Shown: positions 1-15,727 of the stretch, one piece after another
How the letters are laid out: every line of letters begins with the position of its first letter
How positions within the stretch are numbered: position 1 is the stretch's first letter
Assembly: GCA_050613775.1 (NCBI GenBank)
Contig: JBODTK010000105.1
Span: 124,001-188,000, forward strand
Direction of reading: 5' to 3'
Source: Neocallimastix sp. 'constans'
Taxonomy: Eukaryota
DNA: 64,000 bases
Position numbers and translations under genes: made by a program
The notes under the pieces: generated by a model
Seen by the model: only the letters and a program-made list of their open reading frames with translations
Database searches by the model: none
Told to the model about the DNA's origin: nothing

Positions 1-3000
1 TGACATTAGCGGCCTGAATAGCATTATGAATATCTTTAACGGGGGAAATGTGCGAAAGCATCACCGCCAATGGACTTTGATTTTCGAGTTCTGGTTTTGG
101 ATTAAAACGTGCCACATTCATACCATTCACGACGGGATAAATATTTCTGGCGACACGTTGTCTCTCGGCATCATCACCATACTTACCACCACCAAGCCAT
201 TGCTCCCACGTAACATTCTGTATACTGGTACAAGGGGTAACATAGTCGGCATTGGCATACACCAGACGGGAGACCAACCGGGTCAACCCGACAAATCCTA
301 TCTGGACAAACTTTGGCATATCGTCGGACGAGCAGAGACCAAAGAGACGTTCACGCCACAAGATACCGTGATCCCAAACGACCAACGTGGAACCATGAAT
401 CTTCTTCGCAATGACCCCAAGAATAGCTTGAATACCATGATGCGAGGCATGAACGACCGGAACCTTATCCAACTTGGCCGAAAGTGGGAAAAGCAAACGA
501 TTAATGAGCGAGAAAAGCATATCAATTTCCTTCAACGTCGGCATCTCTATATCAATCAACTTACCCTCTCTCAACTTCTGTTCCGAAACTTCTAACCAAG
601 TACAAATCCAGGTACGTTGGGTGACGACATGATTCCATGAAATGGTCCAATCACACTTTTGGAAGTAAAGGTACAAATCGACAAACAGTTCCTCATACTC
701 CTGTAACTTATCGTTCGTTAAGTCCTCGTCCATACAGGCATAAATTAACTGATAAATGATCGGTGAGAAAATATTGGAAACAATTTCATCCTTCGTATGC
801 ATCTTCTTCCGACAAAGCTCACGATAATTCAACTTACGGTAAATGTTTTCATCAGGCGAGGCAAAATCAACATCCCAAAGTGGTAAATAGGTAATGGAAG
901 CGATATTTCTTTCAATTTGATAATCACGTTGAACCGCTTCGGCCGAACCAATTTCAACCAACGCATGCCAACGAATGTGTTCCAAATAGTCGATAAGATC
1001 TCTACGACAACTACCGACACCACCACCACCAGTTGGCCAGGTACCACTATCCAAGTTCATGACGGAAAGAATGGTTTGATCTTGCTCCGTCTCGGATTGA
1101 CGACCTACCTCAGTACCATCACCACCAGTACCCAAGATCTCCAAATCGGAATACTTCAAGTGCATATTAGTACGGGTGGTAGGACGATCCGTGACCACCA
1201 AGATGACATCCAAAATATGCTTAACCTTCGTCAACGACTCTACCGCTTTTTCCTTTTCACCATGATCACGGTATTCCCAATACTTTTGAAGAACCTTTTC
1301 TTCACGAAGAAGATGTTCATCCAAGTTACGCGCAAAGACCCCTTCAATCTTATTGGCACGCCAGTACGTCCATAATTCTTGACGACGGAGGGAGGTGGAA
1401 TACTTGGAACTGAAGTAGGAAATGGTCTTCACCTTGTTATGCGAGATCCAACCCTTTCTTGATTTTAGGTCGTGGGTGAGCACTTCATTGTTGGCATAGA
1501 AGGAAGGCGAAGGGATATCGGTTAAGATCTTTAAGGGATCATTGGCAACTTCATAGGGCGTCTCCACCTGGACATAGTTATTCGTGACTTCAGAGTAAAG
1601 GACGGTATTGGTCTTCGTATTCTGTGGGTGAGAGTAGTCAAAGGTGGTGATGTAGACGACATTTGGATTATTCAAACGACGGAATTCAATACGCGAGAAC
1701 TTTGGGGCCTCGGCAAGCGTTGGGTTTTCAATCTTATAACCGGTGGCGTAAAAGGTGACCATCGACCAGTTCAGCTGATTACACTTGTACGAAATATACT
1801 TTGGTATGGGGTGAGTGACATTGTTGTTCGACGCCTTCTCATAGACATAGGTCGCATAGACATCAATATTTTCGCCGGTTTTTTCTTGTTTGACACGAAG
1901 GATGACCGTTGAGATACGATGGTTTTCTCCCTGATCATAAAAGATACGCTTCTTAAGATACTTTTGATTTTCGGCATGATTATCCGTAAGTTTAATATCC
2001 TTTTCAACGTAGTACGCCTCCACCGGGAATTGTTGTTCGCCATTCTTATAGACGTACACCTTCGTCTGAGTAATCTTACCATCCTTATCCAAATCCTGTT
2101 CATACAACAACTGTTTATTCTTTTGATTGTAGTAACCCTTACTGATTGGAACATCGTTGGCAGAGGGTCTCCAGACGGGTTCCTTTGGACCCGTGAAACG
2201 ATTAGCAATCATATAGCCATCACGGAATTCCATGATACTTACAATGGTTTCGGTACCCGAGTTGTAGGCATCCACTCTTTGAAGTTGACCTCCACTGATG
2301 AAATGAGTACGGAAGAGACCATCCTTCATTTGTCGCATCAAGGTGGTCGTTTCGGTTTTATGGGTGAGGTAGAGATTCTTGGTGATATTCCAGGAGAGCT
2401 TACGCGAGAGCTTATAGATGAAAATAGCCATGGACTTCAACGGGAACATAATCTTCATACTACTCAATTCCCTTCCGAATCTTGGATCACCCGTAAGGGC
2501 CAAGAACAAAATAAGTTCATACTCCTTCAAACGAATAGAAATATTTTCGAGGAAGGAAGGTTTTTCATTTTCAATTTCACGTTGGGAACGTCTCATGGTT
2601 GTATTGACGGTATTAGCGCTCACCTTCGACTTGAACGGTTGAAGGGTCTTGAAACTGACAACAAACGAATATCTCGTATTCTTTCGGAGAACATTACCAT
2701 TACCTTCATTGTTATTACCTCTTCTACCAATACGGAAGGTGGAATTTGGATTCAAGTCTTGAAGAATTAAACGAGAATTATAGATGGCAATGACGTTCAT
2801 CGCAACTAATTCACGAATATCTAATGCAGGATTATTGTAGCGATGGATGGTAGCCATTAAATTTTCAGGAATGTTATTCAAGAAGGTCTTAATCTTGGAG
2901 ATATTAAAGTTGTAGGTACGATTATCAAATTCGGAGATGACCCTTTCTAAATCGGATATCCAACGAATTAACCATACACGCGATTCACGAGAAAGTCTTG

Positions 3001-4714
3001 GCCATTCAATATCTACTCGAATATCAAAGAGACCCTTTTGAAGCGTAATATTATCGGTATTGTAATACATCTTACGAATTTCATAGTCAGAACTGTTCTT
3101 AATTTGATAGTCATAACGTGATGGAAGCTTCTTTAATACCTGATCGGACGGACAGCAGAGGTATTCACAGACACAAGCGCCGGCGTGAGTGTAACCGAAA
3201 ACTTGTTCACAGAATTCATGGACAATACAAGCACAAATCCAGTTCGTCACCTCCTCATTAATGGTATCTGAAACAACACCCATGGTACGTTTTTCAAAAG
3301 TATACACCTCCAAAATACTATTTTCATTCATACGAGAAATTGCTGTATACTTATGACCGGCAATATCAAAGAGTTGTTCCGGCAAGAAGTAGACTTGAAC
3401 CTTTCCATTCGATAGGTCATGAACAATCGTGGAGAGAATAAGCTTTCCCTTAGGGAAGGCCAATTTCAAGATATGATTTTCTGGTAGATAGGAAAACTGT
3501 TCCAAATAATAGTTCATCTTATTGAAAATTAATTGATGGGATTGAGAGGAAAGCGCAATCTTGGTTTTAGGGGCCTTCAATTGACAGAACGTATTCAAGG
3601 TCTTAATAGCAAGCGAATCATGCGTATCATTAATAAAACGTTGACCAGACGAAGCTAAATGAGGAGAAAGGGTAGTGGTGTAGTGGACATTACTAAAGGT
3701 TTCCTTAAAGTATAAAATGATACAGGTAATACCAAAGAGCCAACCACTGATGGAAGTAGAAATGGCGGTGTACCACTTCATACCAAAGATGTAGGATAAC
3801 ACCACAGGTATCGTGACAGAAATGATAATGATGAAGACAATGATCTTATTCAATAAAACTTCCGTATCCTGAGACTTAAAGAAAAGTTTATGGAAGAGAC
3901 CGACCAAGAATCCAACGAAACCAAGACAAGAACAACAGAAAACAATCAAGGTTGACATCTTAAGCGAATCACTATACAATTTAAAGTAGAAACCAACAAT
4001 AGCCATCAACACTAAGAACATTAACGATAAGAACTTCACCAATTCCGTATGATAAATCTTTCTACTGTTACTCTTGAACGAAGCAAACATTTCTTTACCC
4101 TTGTGTGTATTCATACGTACCTGAATGGTATTTTGACTTTCATACTTTAATAAGGCAGCTAACGTTAATTCCAAGAAACCAGAAGTAATCAACATGAACA
4201 ATGTACCAAACAACGTAGCGGTAATATAGTCATCATTAGTACCATCTTCTATATAAATAGCTGGAGTACCTGTGATAATAAGCATAGCCCATTTATCGAT
4301 GAAAATGAAGATGAAATAGAAGATACCATAGTAGATAGCAGAATTTTCGAAAGAGAAAAGTAAATCACCACGATTCAATTTTTCAATTTGATATTTTTTC
4401 TTTAAATCAATAATACCACCCTTTACCATCGTATCCCATTGATTACTATATCTCTCCGGATAAACGGTAGTACCAGTACGAAGGAAGAACCACTGCATTA
4501 ATTCTAATTCCCAACGTTCTTGACTGACACGTTGTTTAATAAGTGCTGGTGGAGATTTAATAGAAGGGGAATGAATTGAATTATTGACTTCTCTCATATA
4601 GTATTGACGAGCTGCTCTCTTCCATAAAAGAATACGTTTATCATATACATCTTGTGGTTCATTTGGGAATGGTTTTGGTTTTGGATGACTACTTTCAAAG
4701 AAATTTTGTACTTC
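1..4714 (-). CDS. gtb3: Exon 2 (3'-partial, runs off window) of a large membrane-bound GT4 glycosyltransferase, Gtb3/PelF-like (DUF3492 + GT4)
   Basis: I translated this frame by hand; it is missing from the ORF track, presumably because it has no stop inside the window (continuity was spot-checked, not verified codon by codon). It starts EVQNFFESSHPKPKPFPNEPQ...WELELMQWFF, has several hydrophobic segments, and near the edge reads VVHASHHG...LVVWDHGILWRERLFG...ADYVTPCTS...PVVNGM...VMLSHISPVKDIHNAI, matching PelF/Gtb3-type motifs (TEHGIY.ER; RIVPIKD). The acceptor TAG lies at 4717-4715. Plus-strand ORFs at 26, 917, 1628 and 1919 are in-register antisense shadows. Confidence 0.75.
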
Positions 4715-5388
4715 CTATTATCATTTCGAATTATAAGAATTAATTAATTAATTAATTAATAGGAATTAAATAAAAAAAAAAATAAAAATTAAAATAAAAA
4801 TAAAAGTAAAAAAAATAAAAAAAAAAAAATAATAAAAATTAAAATAAAAATAAAAGTAAAAAAAATAAAAAAAAAAAAATAATAATAAAAATTAAAATAA
4901 AAATAAAAGTAAAAAAAATAAAAAAAAAAAAAAAAATAAAATAAAATAAAATAAAATATATATAGCATTAATAAATAAATATAATAAATAAAAGTAAAAA
5001 ATAATATAAAATAAATATAGCATTAATAAATATATATAATAAATAAAAATAAAAAATAATATAAAATAAATATAGCATTAATAAATATATATTATAAATA
5101 AATGTAAAAAAATAAAAGTAAAAAAAATAAAAATAAAAAAAAAAAAAATAAATAAAGCATTAATAAATATATATATTTATAAAGTTAAAAATAATAAATT
5201 AGTATATAATTTATTAAACAAAATAAAAAAAAAAAAGGATAGAAAAGTATATAAAAAATAAATAATAGTAAAAATGGTTTTAATTTTAATTTTATAAAAA
5301 ATAAATAGAAAAAAAAAAGTTTCAATTTTAATTTTATAACATAAAAATAAAATAAAATAAAATAAAAAAAGTTTTTTTTTTTTTTTAC
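4715..5388 (-). other. Spliceosomal intron (GT..AG, phase 0) of the gtb3-like gene
   Basis: Donor AG|GTAAAA at 5388 and acceptor TAATAG| at 4715 flank almost pure A/T sequence. Splicing joins ...IPSEE to EVQNFF in frame. Confidence 0.85.
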
Positions 5389-8300
5389 CTCTTCGGATGG
5401 AATCTTTAACTTATATGGCCAATCCATATATTCATGCGCAATATGTTTAAATTTAAAGATCATAAATGTCACCGAACAAATAAAACCAACATCATAAAGT
5501 GCCCAAACAATATTTGATTTACTATCATCATGAAAAACGAGGCGAGAAATAAGCATTGGAACCAAAAGAATACAGACACCTATGATAGCTGAACGGGGAC
5601 CTTCACACTTCAAGAACAATAATTCCGGATTTTTAATGGAGGTAAGAATGGAAAAGAAACACATGTAGAGACAGAATCCCATACAATATAAGAAGGTCAA
5701 CCCCACCGCAAAGTAGTTAAAGTGCGAAACAAACAACGACAACACAGAAAGGGCAACGGATCCCACGGTAAAGACGATCAACGCTGAGGATAAACGTTTC
5801 GAAAAGGCTTCCAACATCAAAGGCATCGATTTACAGAAGAAATAGTAGGTACACGTCTTGGCGATAGAATTGATCACACCTCCGACCACCGGGAAAATAA
5901 TAAGGAAGACAAAACTGATACAGCGACGAGCGTCAACATCCAAACGATTACTAATGAAAATACCAGAACCGACAAACTTCACCAAGATTAAATCAACCAA
6001 CACGGGATAGACGAAAATGAAAGCATTGGCAATGGTTTTCGCCTTATGATCACTTTCACTATGCGTTTGACTTAACTGATTTTCATAACTACCGATCGGT
6101 ACTCGCTTACCACGAGAACGTAACAACGAATGCATAGCCTTCGACAGCTGATGACTATTCAGATCAAATAAGAAATTCATGTTGTGATGCGTGGTCGTCA
6201 TTTCCATACCGACGGCGACTTGATCCGAATCCTCCAGATACAGGGAATTAATATCTAAAAGGGAGGCAAATAAATTCATCCAGGCAATACGACGACACGC
6301 CTTCCAAAAGGCAAAGAAAAGATAACAGAGACATACGGAATACGGTGAATCCGACTTGAAATACTTATTATTGACCACCCGTTGAATACATCGACAATAT
6401 TCATTCATTAATTCTGGACCCTTTGGATCTAAGGTTGCCCAAGCGACAAACCGGGCTAATTCTTCTTCAAATTTACTGGTAGGAAGGAATCCTTGATAGG
6501 TAGCTTCGATCAAACGATCTTGATAGTTTTGTTTCTTAATCAAAATATAATTACAATATTGCTTGATATACTTGGCAATTTCTACGGCATAGACCATTTC
6601 ATGGCTATTGATAGAACTAATTTTACTTTTTTGAATGGATTCAATCACCTTCTGTGTTCTTCTTACCAAGTCAATCTTCTCGGAATAATCCAAATTATTC
6701 AATTGCCAAATGATACGTTCCGAGATGGGAAGGACACAACGCTTTTGCGTCTGACCAACCACGGCGGATTCCATAATAACACATTGTTGGGTGGAGAAGA
6801 CATATTTCTGTTTACAGTAGATGTGAAGGACGGCTTCTAAAATACTTGGGGCAGTTTCAGAAACAAAGATATAAAGGATATTGGGTTCCTCTTGAACTTC
6901 ACCACCAATGGCCACCACTGGCTTATAGGGTAATTGATTCTCCTCCTTGAGATTAAGGGCACCACTCGTTACCGTCAACACCTCCACCTTATTATTTAAC
7001 AAGTCCTCCTTCAATTGACGGAAGATCATATTTATATTTTTATCCTTAAATACCGAGTTTTCTATGTAACGAATACAACGAGAAGGCTTCTCAATCATTT
7101 CCGTCAACGTATCGATCATATTATTGAAGGCTGGAGTATATTCGTTGGAAGGTACATCAATGGAATTACGTACTGGACTAAGCAACTTTTTCGTTAAAAG
7201 CTTAAATAACACCTTTGCAATGGACATATTAATTTCACTGGTTCTCTTCACATCATAACTGATACCAACATTATTCATACTGGTCACACGAACAATATTG
7301 TAGGTTTTTTCCTTTTCAACTACCGGCTTATTCTTTCTATTCTTAAAACTGACCGAGTGATGAATTCTTAAACTACCACCAAAATTTAAATCTCTGGAAG
7401 GTCTTGCGGAAATAGTCACCGTAGGTCTCTTACGTAGCGTTTCACCATTATCATCATCATCATTCTGAGTTGCTTTTTTCAATTCGGCAATTAAAGGTAT
7501 CTTAGGAGGTATTGGTTTAGAATAGATGGTATCCACAAAGTCTTCTTTCTTTGTTTCAGCAATGGAATTAAAACGAGTGGCTAAACTTGCAGGGAAATTT
7601 ACAGCTCTTAAAACTTTTTCCCAAATAGCAGGTGTAATTTCATATTCATAGGGATCTAACTTTAGTACTAAACCTTCAATGGCTTTCTTTGTTTCCACGA
7701 TAGCTTCTGCATTTACATATTCAAACACATTATCATCAGCAATAGTTAAATAGGGGAGAGGACGAACATCATTTGGATCATTCATTTCATCACTATGAAC
7801 AATGGTTCCCAAGAAATTCTTTGCATTTAACCATTGGATAATTTTATGCATAAAACAAAATTCTTTATGATTACCAACAAATGGTGGTAAAATTTCAACA
7901 TCAAATACCATGAAATCTGCCTTATTATTGATTTCATTTTTTAATTCATTAAGATAATCCAAATAACCCGGAGTAGGCATATCATGTCTTGTTTTTTGAT
8001 TTCCATCTTGGAAGTAGACACAACTCTTTAGGAAGACACCATCAATGGTATCTCTTACCTTCTTAAATATTTCAATATGATCCACATCGGCAATGAGAAT
8101 AACATTTTGGAAATATTCACGAAGACTAGTAAGAAATTCGACGCATTCTTCATTGGAACATATTAATCTTAACTCTGGTAAACCTAAAATAGCAATACCA
8201 TCCGGTTTTATATTAAAATCTTTTACAATGGGTTTTAAATTATGTTTTACAACTTTGGCAAAACTACTTGCACCATTATATTTCTTTATAAACTTTGAGA

Positions 8301-8643
8301 TATCAATGAAACCCAAAATCATCTTTACACCACGAAAGATAAACGAATCTGATTCACGATTATAGATTCCAAGATTATTTTTATTAGTATCAAATATGAT
8401 AGGTGAGTTTTGATATGGAGAATTATACCCTGAACTGGAAGCAAATGACTTTTCATTACCATAACTACCAAGAGCAGAGTTGGTTAATTTATCTATAGGG
8501 AGAACAAGAATATCTACAGCTGTTCTTGGATGCCATTGAATTAAGTTTACTGGTCCATTATAAATAGCAAAAGTTTTAAAATTCTTAAAGTTAAATTTGG
8601 CCTTGTTATAGGCAATAATTTTATTATTTTTCTTATTTTCCAT
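5389..8643 (-). CDS. gtb3: Exon 1 of the Gtb3-like glycosyltransferase (soluble N-terminal region plus first multi-TM bundle)
   Basis: This is ORF 5185..8643 trimmed at the splice donor, giving 1085 codons. About 8 hydrophobic helices occur in the last 220 aa. The ORF tail after IPSEE is intron read-through. Confidence 0.75.
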
Positions 8644-10960
8644 TTTAATTTATCTATATCTATTATTTTTTGTTTTTCTCTTCTCTCTTTAAAAAAAAAA
8701 TATATATATATATATATATACTATTATATATTTATCAATAATTTACTAATAATTACAAATAAAGAATTTATTTTACTGAATTATTCATATAAAGTGGTAT
8801 ATATGTTCTATTATTTATAAGATATTCAAAACTAAAATGTCGTTGTTTTTCATAGCAGTTGATTATTATATATATAGATAGAAATATAATTGATAAAATT
8901 AAAAAAATATATATATAATATATTTAGAAAACAATATAAAATATAAAATACAATATTTATATAAATTATATAAGATGGTTATAATAAAAATTATATATAA
9001 TATATAATTAATATATACGGTTTTAAATATATTTAAATAATCTCTTTTTTATGGTTCTTACATATATATATAAATCCTTTTTTTTTTTTAAATATATACT
9101 ACAATAATCTATTGTTTTTTAATATTTCTTATAGTATTGATTAAAAATAGTCTGGTTTTTTTTTTAATATTTCCTATAGTATATATTAAAATAATCTATT
9201 TTTTTTTTTTTTTAATATTTTTTTTTAGTCTATATTAAAATAATCTATTTTTTTTTTAATATTTTTTTTTTAGTTTATATTAATATAATCTATTGTATTT
9301 TAATATTTTTTATATTGTTTTTTAATATTTTTTATTGTAATAGTAAAATAAACTATTGTTTTTTTTTTTTAATATTTCTTACAGTATATATTAAAATAAT
9401 CTATTATTTTTTATATATTTCTTATAGTTTTTCTTTTAAATATATATATATTTTTTTATAATATTTAAAATTTCTTCCTTCTATATTAAAATAATCAATT
9501 TTTTTTTTCTTTTCTTTTAATAACTCTTTTGCTTCTTCCTTTAATTTTTATTTTATTAATATATGAAATATTGAATATTATTTGACTATATTTGACTATA
9601 TCTAAATAAATAAAAATCATAAATCTCTAAAAAAAAAAATAATAATAATAAAATAAAACTTTACTATATTTTTTCCTATTATACTAAAGTGCCATTTGGA
9701 TTTTCGATTTTATTATACATTAATTTTTTTTATATAAAATAATTTTTAATATTACTTTAAAATATATATTTATATGTACCTTAAAAATATATATATATAT
9801 AAAAATTCTTTCTCTCTTTAGTTTCTTTAAATACAATCTTTATATTTTAAAATTCTTTAATTTTAAATATTATAAAAAATATTTAAAATATAAGATATTA
9901 TTCAAATTTCAACACTTTTTTCTTTATCGATTAATATTAAAATTTAATAAATAATTTATAGTTCTATTGGTTACTTTTATTTTTAAATTTTAAAAGTTTT
10001 ATATATATATATAATATATATATAAATAAAAAAGTTTTTTTTTGGTTTATATTCTTCCTTTCTTTTTTTTTTTTTTTTAATATAAAATATTTTTGATTAT
10101 TTTTTTTTATTTAAGAATATAAACTTTTTTTTTTTTATAACTTCTTTTTCTTTTCTTTTAAAAGAAAATGATTAAAAAAAATAAATTAAAGTTTATAAAA
10201 TAAGATTTATATTAAATTTCTACTTCATTATAATAATATTATATATTTAATATTGAGATTATGTCTGTTATGTATGTCTGTTACGTATTGAAATTAATAA
10301 ATATTATAAATAAATAGTTCTATTAAATTAAAAATTAAAGATTAATTGTTTAAAAACTACTTTTAAATTAATCTATTGTGTTATTATCTAGGTTTAAAAA
10401 AAGAAGAATAATAATATGATTAAAAAAAACTAAAAGAAAAAAAAGAGAGAAAAAAAAAAAAAAAAAAAAGGAAAAAAAAAGTAAAAAAGTTAAAGAGTCT
10501 AATAATAGGAAGAGAGTAAAATTTTTAAGGTATGACAGAAACTAATAAAAATAAATTTAATTTAGAAACTATAATAGATTTTAATTAAAAAAAAAAAAAA
10601 GGATTTCATTGATTTATTAATTAAAAAAATTTAAAATTATATTATTTAATACTAATTTTATTTAATAATTAAAAAAAAAATTGATTTAATAAAAAATAAA
10701 AAATAAAAATAAAATAGAATATAAATATAAATATAAATATAAATATAAATATAAATATAAATATAAATATAAATATAAATAAAATTTATTATGATTATTA
10801 TTATTATTAATCAAAAACTAAATTATACTAAATTAATACTAATAATAATACTAATTAATAATCATAATCATAATCATAATAATAAATAGATTATTAATTA
10901 ATTTAATTTAATAGTAACAATCAAATTAACATAGCTAAATTCCTTTTCATAATATTTAAT

Positions 10961-12112
10961 TAATAAATAATAATAATAAATAATAAATAATAAATAATAA
11001 ATAATAAATAATAAATAATAAATAATAAATAATAAATAATAAATAATAAATAATAAATAATAAATAATAAATAATAAATAATAAATAATTGAATAATAAA
11101 TAATAAATAATTGAATAATAAATAATTGAATAATAAATAATAAATAATAAATAAAAAATAATAAATAATAAATAATAAATAATAAATAATAAATAATAAA
11201 TAATAAATAATAATTGAATAAATAAATAATAAATAATAAATAATAAATAATAAATAATAAATAATGGAATAATAAATAATAAATAGTAAATAATAAATAA
11301 TAAATAATAAATAATTGAATAATAAATAATAAATAATAAATAATTGAATAATAAATAATAAATAATTGAATAATTAATAATAAATAAATAAATAATTGAA
11401 TAATAAATAATAAATAATAAATAATTGAATAATAAATAATAAATAATAAATAATAAATAATAAATAATAAATAATAAATAATAAATAATAATAAATAATT
11501 GAATAAATAAATAATAAATAATAAATAATAAATAATAAATAATAAATAATAAATAATGGAATAATAAATAATAAATAATAAATAATTGAATAATTAATAA
11601 TAAATAAATAAATAATTGAATAATAAATAATAAATAATAAATAATTGAATAATTATTAATAAATAATAAATAATAAATAATTGAATAATAAATAATAAAT
11701 AATTGAATAATTAATAATAAATAAATAAATAATTGAATAATAAATAATAAATAATAAATAATTGAATAATAAATAATAAATAATAAATAATAAATAATAA
11801 ATAATAAATAATAAATAATAAATAATAATAAATAATTGAATAAATAAATAATAAATAATAAATAATAAATAATAAATAATAAATAATAAATAATAAATAA
11901 TAATAAATAATTGAATAAATAAATAATAAATAATAAATAATAAATAATAAATAATAAATAATAAATAATAAATAATAAATAATGGAATAATAAATAATAA
12001 ATAATAAATAATAAATAATAAATAATAAATAATAAATAATAAATAATAAATAATAAATAATAAATAATAAATAATAAATAATGGAATAATAAATAATAAA
12101 TAATAATAAATA
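10961..12112 (+). repeat. (AATAAAT)n 7-bp satellite with interspersed AATTGAAT variants
   Basis: Directly visible tandem array of about 1.15 kb. Confidence 0.9.
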
Positions 12113-13365
12113 AATGATTATTAAACTAATAATAAAAACAATAACTAATAAAAATATTAAAACAACAATGAATTAATGAATTATTAAGCTTGGAATAGTT
12201 TTTAAATATCACAAATTAAAATATTAAAATAATAATGAATTATTATCAATGGTAATGATCTTTATATAAAATTGATTAAAATATTACAATAATAATAAAA
12301 AAACTAATAAAATTATACCGTCTACCATGACACAAAAAAAACTAATAGTATATATGACACCAACTTACAAATAAATAGTATGCCAATTTAAAATAGTATT
12401 AATAATAATAATATTTAAAAATAATATCACTTCTATAACTAGTATTAATACTAATTATAGCTTCGGCTATCGTTATTTCATTGAGTATCCACCTTCATCA
12501 ACCGACCTACTTTTTTTTAAAAGTAACAAAAATAATTTATAAATATAAAAAAAAAATAATAATAATAAAGCATAAATAAGAAATAGCAAACTAAATAAAT
12601 AAATGTATTAATAACTAAGTAATGAAGTAAATTTATTAATAAATGTATAAAAATATTAATAAATGAATAAATAAAAATATTAATAATTAAATGTATAAAA
12701 TATTAATAATTAAATAAATAAAAGGATTAATAATTAAATAAATTAAAGAATTAATAATTAAATGTATAAATATAGTAATAAATAAATAAATAACAGTCGA
12801 TAATTAAAAAATTTTATTTATTAATCAATTCAAAGTAATTTATTGCAATTAATTTGATTTAATATAAATATATTAAATGGTTTTATAATAATTATATTTA
12901 ATTATATAAACAATATATGATATAATATATTTGCAATAGTATTGAAGTGTCCATATCTACTATTTTCAATTCATCGGTCCATATAAATGGAATATAAGTA
13001 GTAATATATGTCAATGAATAAATCAATTGACTATTTAAATCCATTCCTTTTTAATTTTAATTTGTTGAAAATAAAGAATTTAAAGTTTTAATTAAATAAA
13101 TGATACAGAAATAATTAAATAAGTAAAAAAGTAATTTATATTAAAAATTAAAAGGAGGATTTAAAAATTTATTATTTATTAAAGTTTTATTTTTAATATA
13201 TAATAGAGTTTAATTTATTTTGTGTAATCTTTTTTTTTGTTACTTCATGGTCAAATTTATTAAATAGATAATATTATATAAACTAAATAAATATAAAAAT
13301 ATAAATATAAATAAAAAATAATATAAAATTAAGTAAATATATATATAATAAATTAAATAAAAATG

Positions 13366-13535
13366 AGTGAAATATATATATAAATTAAATGAATGAATAG
13401 GATGAAATATATATATAAATTAAATGAATGAATAGGATGAAATATATATATAAATTAAATGAATGAATAGGATGAAATATATATATAAATTAAATGAATA
13501 AATAGGATGAAATATATATATAAATTAAATGAATA
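13366..13535 (+). repeat. 35-bp minisatellite, about 5 copies (GATGAAATATATATATAAATTAAATGAATGAATAG)
   Basis: Units start at 13401, 13436, 13471 and 13506, with a degenerate copy upstream. Confidence 0.85.
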
Positions 13536-15514
13536 AGTATATATTAAATCAAATAAATATTTAAATAGATATATAAAAAGTTAACAACAACGGTTATATT
13601 AATATCTAATTTAAATTAATAAAAAAAAAAAAAAAGCATAATATATCTACTTTTGGTAACTATTAATGCTTAAATGAGAATCAACTTTAATACATTTACA
13701 TTTACATTTACATTTACATTTACATTCAATATTGAGTTTGACATTAATAATAATAAATTTCATTTTCATTTCATTTCATCGCCTAATCAATGATGTTCTA
13801 TTAATAGCATTAACTATATAAATAGTATTACTATATTAAATTTAATGTAATGTATTATTATTATATTATTATTTTATTTTTATACTAATATTATTATTTG
13901 ACATATAAATATTTAATATACTATTTATTATATTTTTATAATAATTATTATATTTTCATAATAATTATTATATTTTTATTAACTATTTCTATTCATATTA
14001 ATGCCATTAATTATATAATATTTTTATCATATTGATAATAAAAGTATGCCATAATCTATTAATTAAAAACTATTAATTTTTTTTTATGTTTTTCCAAAAT
14101 CTTTTCATAATACGCATTGTTGGACATTTTATATATGTATTACATATATTGAAATATACTATAATATATGCATTGATATAAATATAAATATAATAAATAT
14201 AAAATATAAATATAAAATATAATAAATATAAATATAATAAATATAATAAATATAATAAATATAATAAATATAATAAATATTCTACTCTATATAATAGATT
14301 ATAGTTGAGAGAGGCTTTTTTTTTTTATCTTTATTTGATTTCATTATATATTCTTATATATTTCATATATTTTATATATATAATTTATATATTATACAAT
14401 ATTTTATATAGTTTATATATATATTTTATATATTATACAATATTTTATATAGTTTATATATATATTTTATATATTATACAATATTTTATATAGTTTATAT
14501 TTTATATATTTATATATATATATTATACAATATTTTATATATTTTATATATTTATATATATATTATACAATATTTTATATAGTTTATATTTTATATATTT
14601 ATATATATATTATACAATATTTTATATATTTTATATATTTTATATATTTATATATAATTCTCATAATATTTATTATAGAATGAAAATAAAATTTTTATTA
14701 TTCTAAAATGTTAAATAATGAAATTTTTGATGGATATGTAAAATGATGGTCACTCTGTAGAATAAAAAGGATGGAAAGGTCCTTCTAAATGTCAACTAGT
14801 AAATAGTAATAAAAGGAAAGGAAATTTTAATTTTTAAAATCTCATTTCGCTTTAATTGGTGGTAAAAAAAAAAAAAAAAATTTATTAGAAAAAAAAAATT
14901 CTCATGTTGGTGAAAACCATTAAAGTTAAAAATGAAAAAAAAAAAAAATTAATAATAATTAATAATTAATAATAATAATTAATAATTAATAATTAATAAT
15001 TAATAATTAATAATAATAGATAATAATTAATAATTAATGATTAATAATACTAATTGTTTTATAATAATAAAATAAAAAAATTAAAAAAAAAAAGAATATA
15101 TTTAACATATCCTCTTTTATTTAATGGTAATGAATAAAACAAAAAAAAACAAAGACTAATACTATTAGTATTAATGAATATTCAAGTTATTCAAGTAATG
15201 ATAAGAGTATAAGAATGAATAATAATAAATATTGATAAAGAAAAAAAAAAATTTTAATAATAAATGGTTTTTATAGAAATAAAATAAAATATATATAAAA
15301 TATATAAAATATATAAAATGAATTCCAATTAATTAAAAAAATTTTTTTATTAAAGCTTTATAATTTTATTTATTAATAATTTCAAAATTTCATTTAAAAT
15401 TGGATTAATTCAATGGAGGTAGAGAGAGAGGAGATAAATAGATTTAATGAACATTTTAAAGGTTCTATAAATCACTATTGAAGCATTCTATATTCTTTCT
15501 ATTATTTATTATTC

Positions 15515-15727
<213 letters not shown>

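Noticed and set aside
26..2770. Plus-strand ORFs of 94-283 aa and short minus-strand alternative-frame ORFs
   Set aside because: They are antisense in-register or off-frame shadows of the GT4 exon.
12300..13060. Patches of higher-complexity sequence that could be exon remnants
   Set aside because: No open frame or recognisable motif could be reconstructed.
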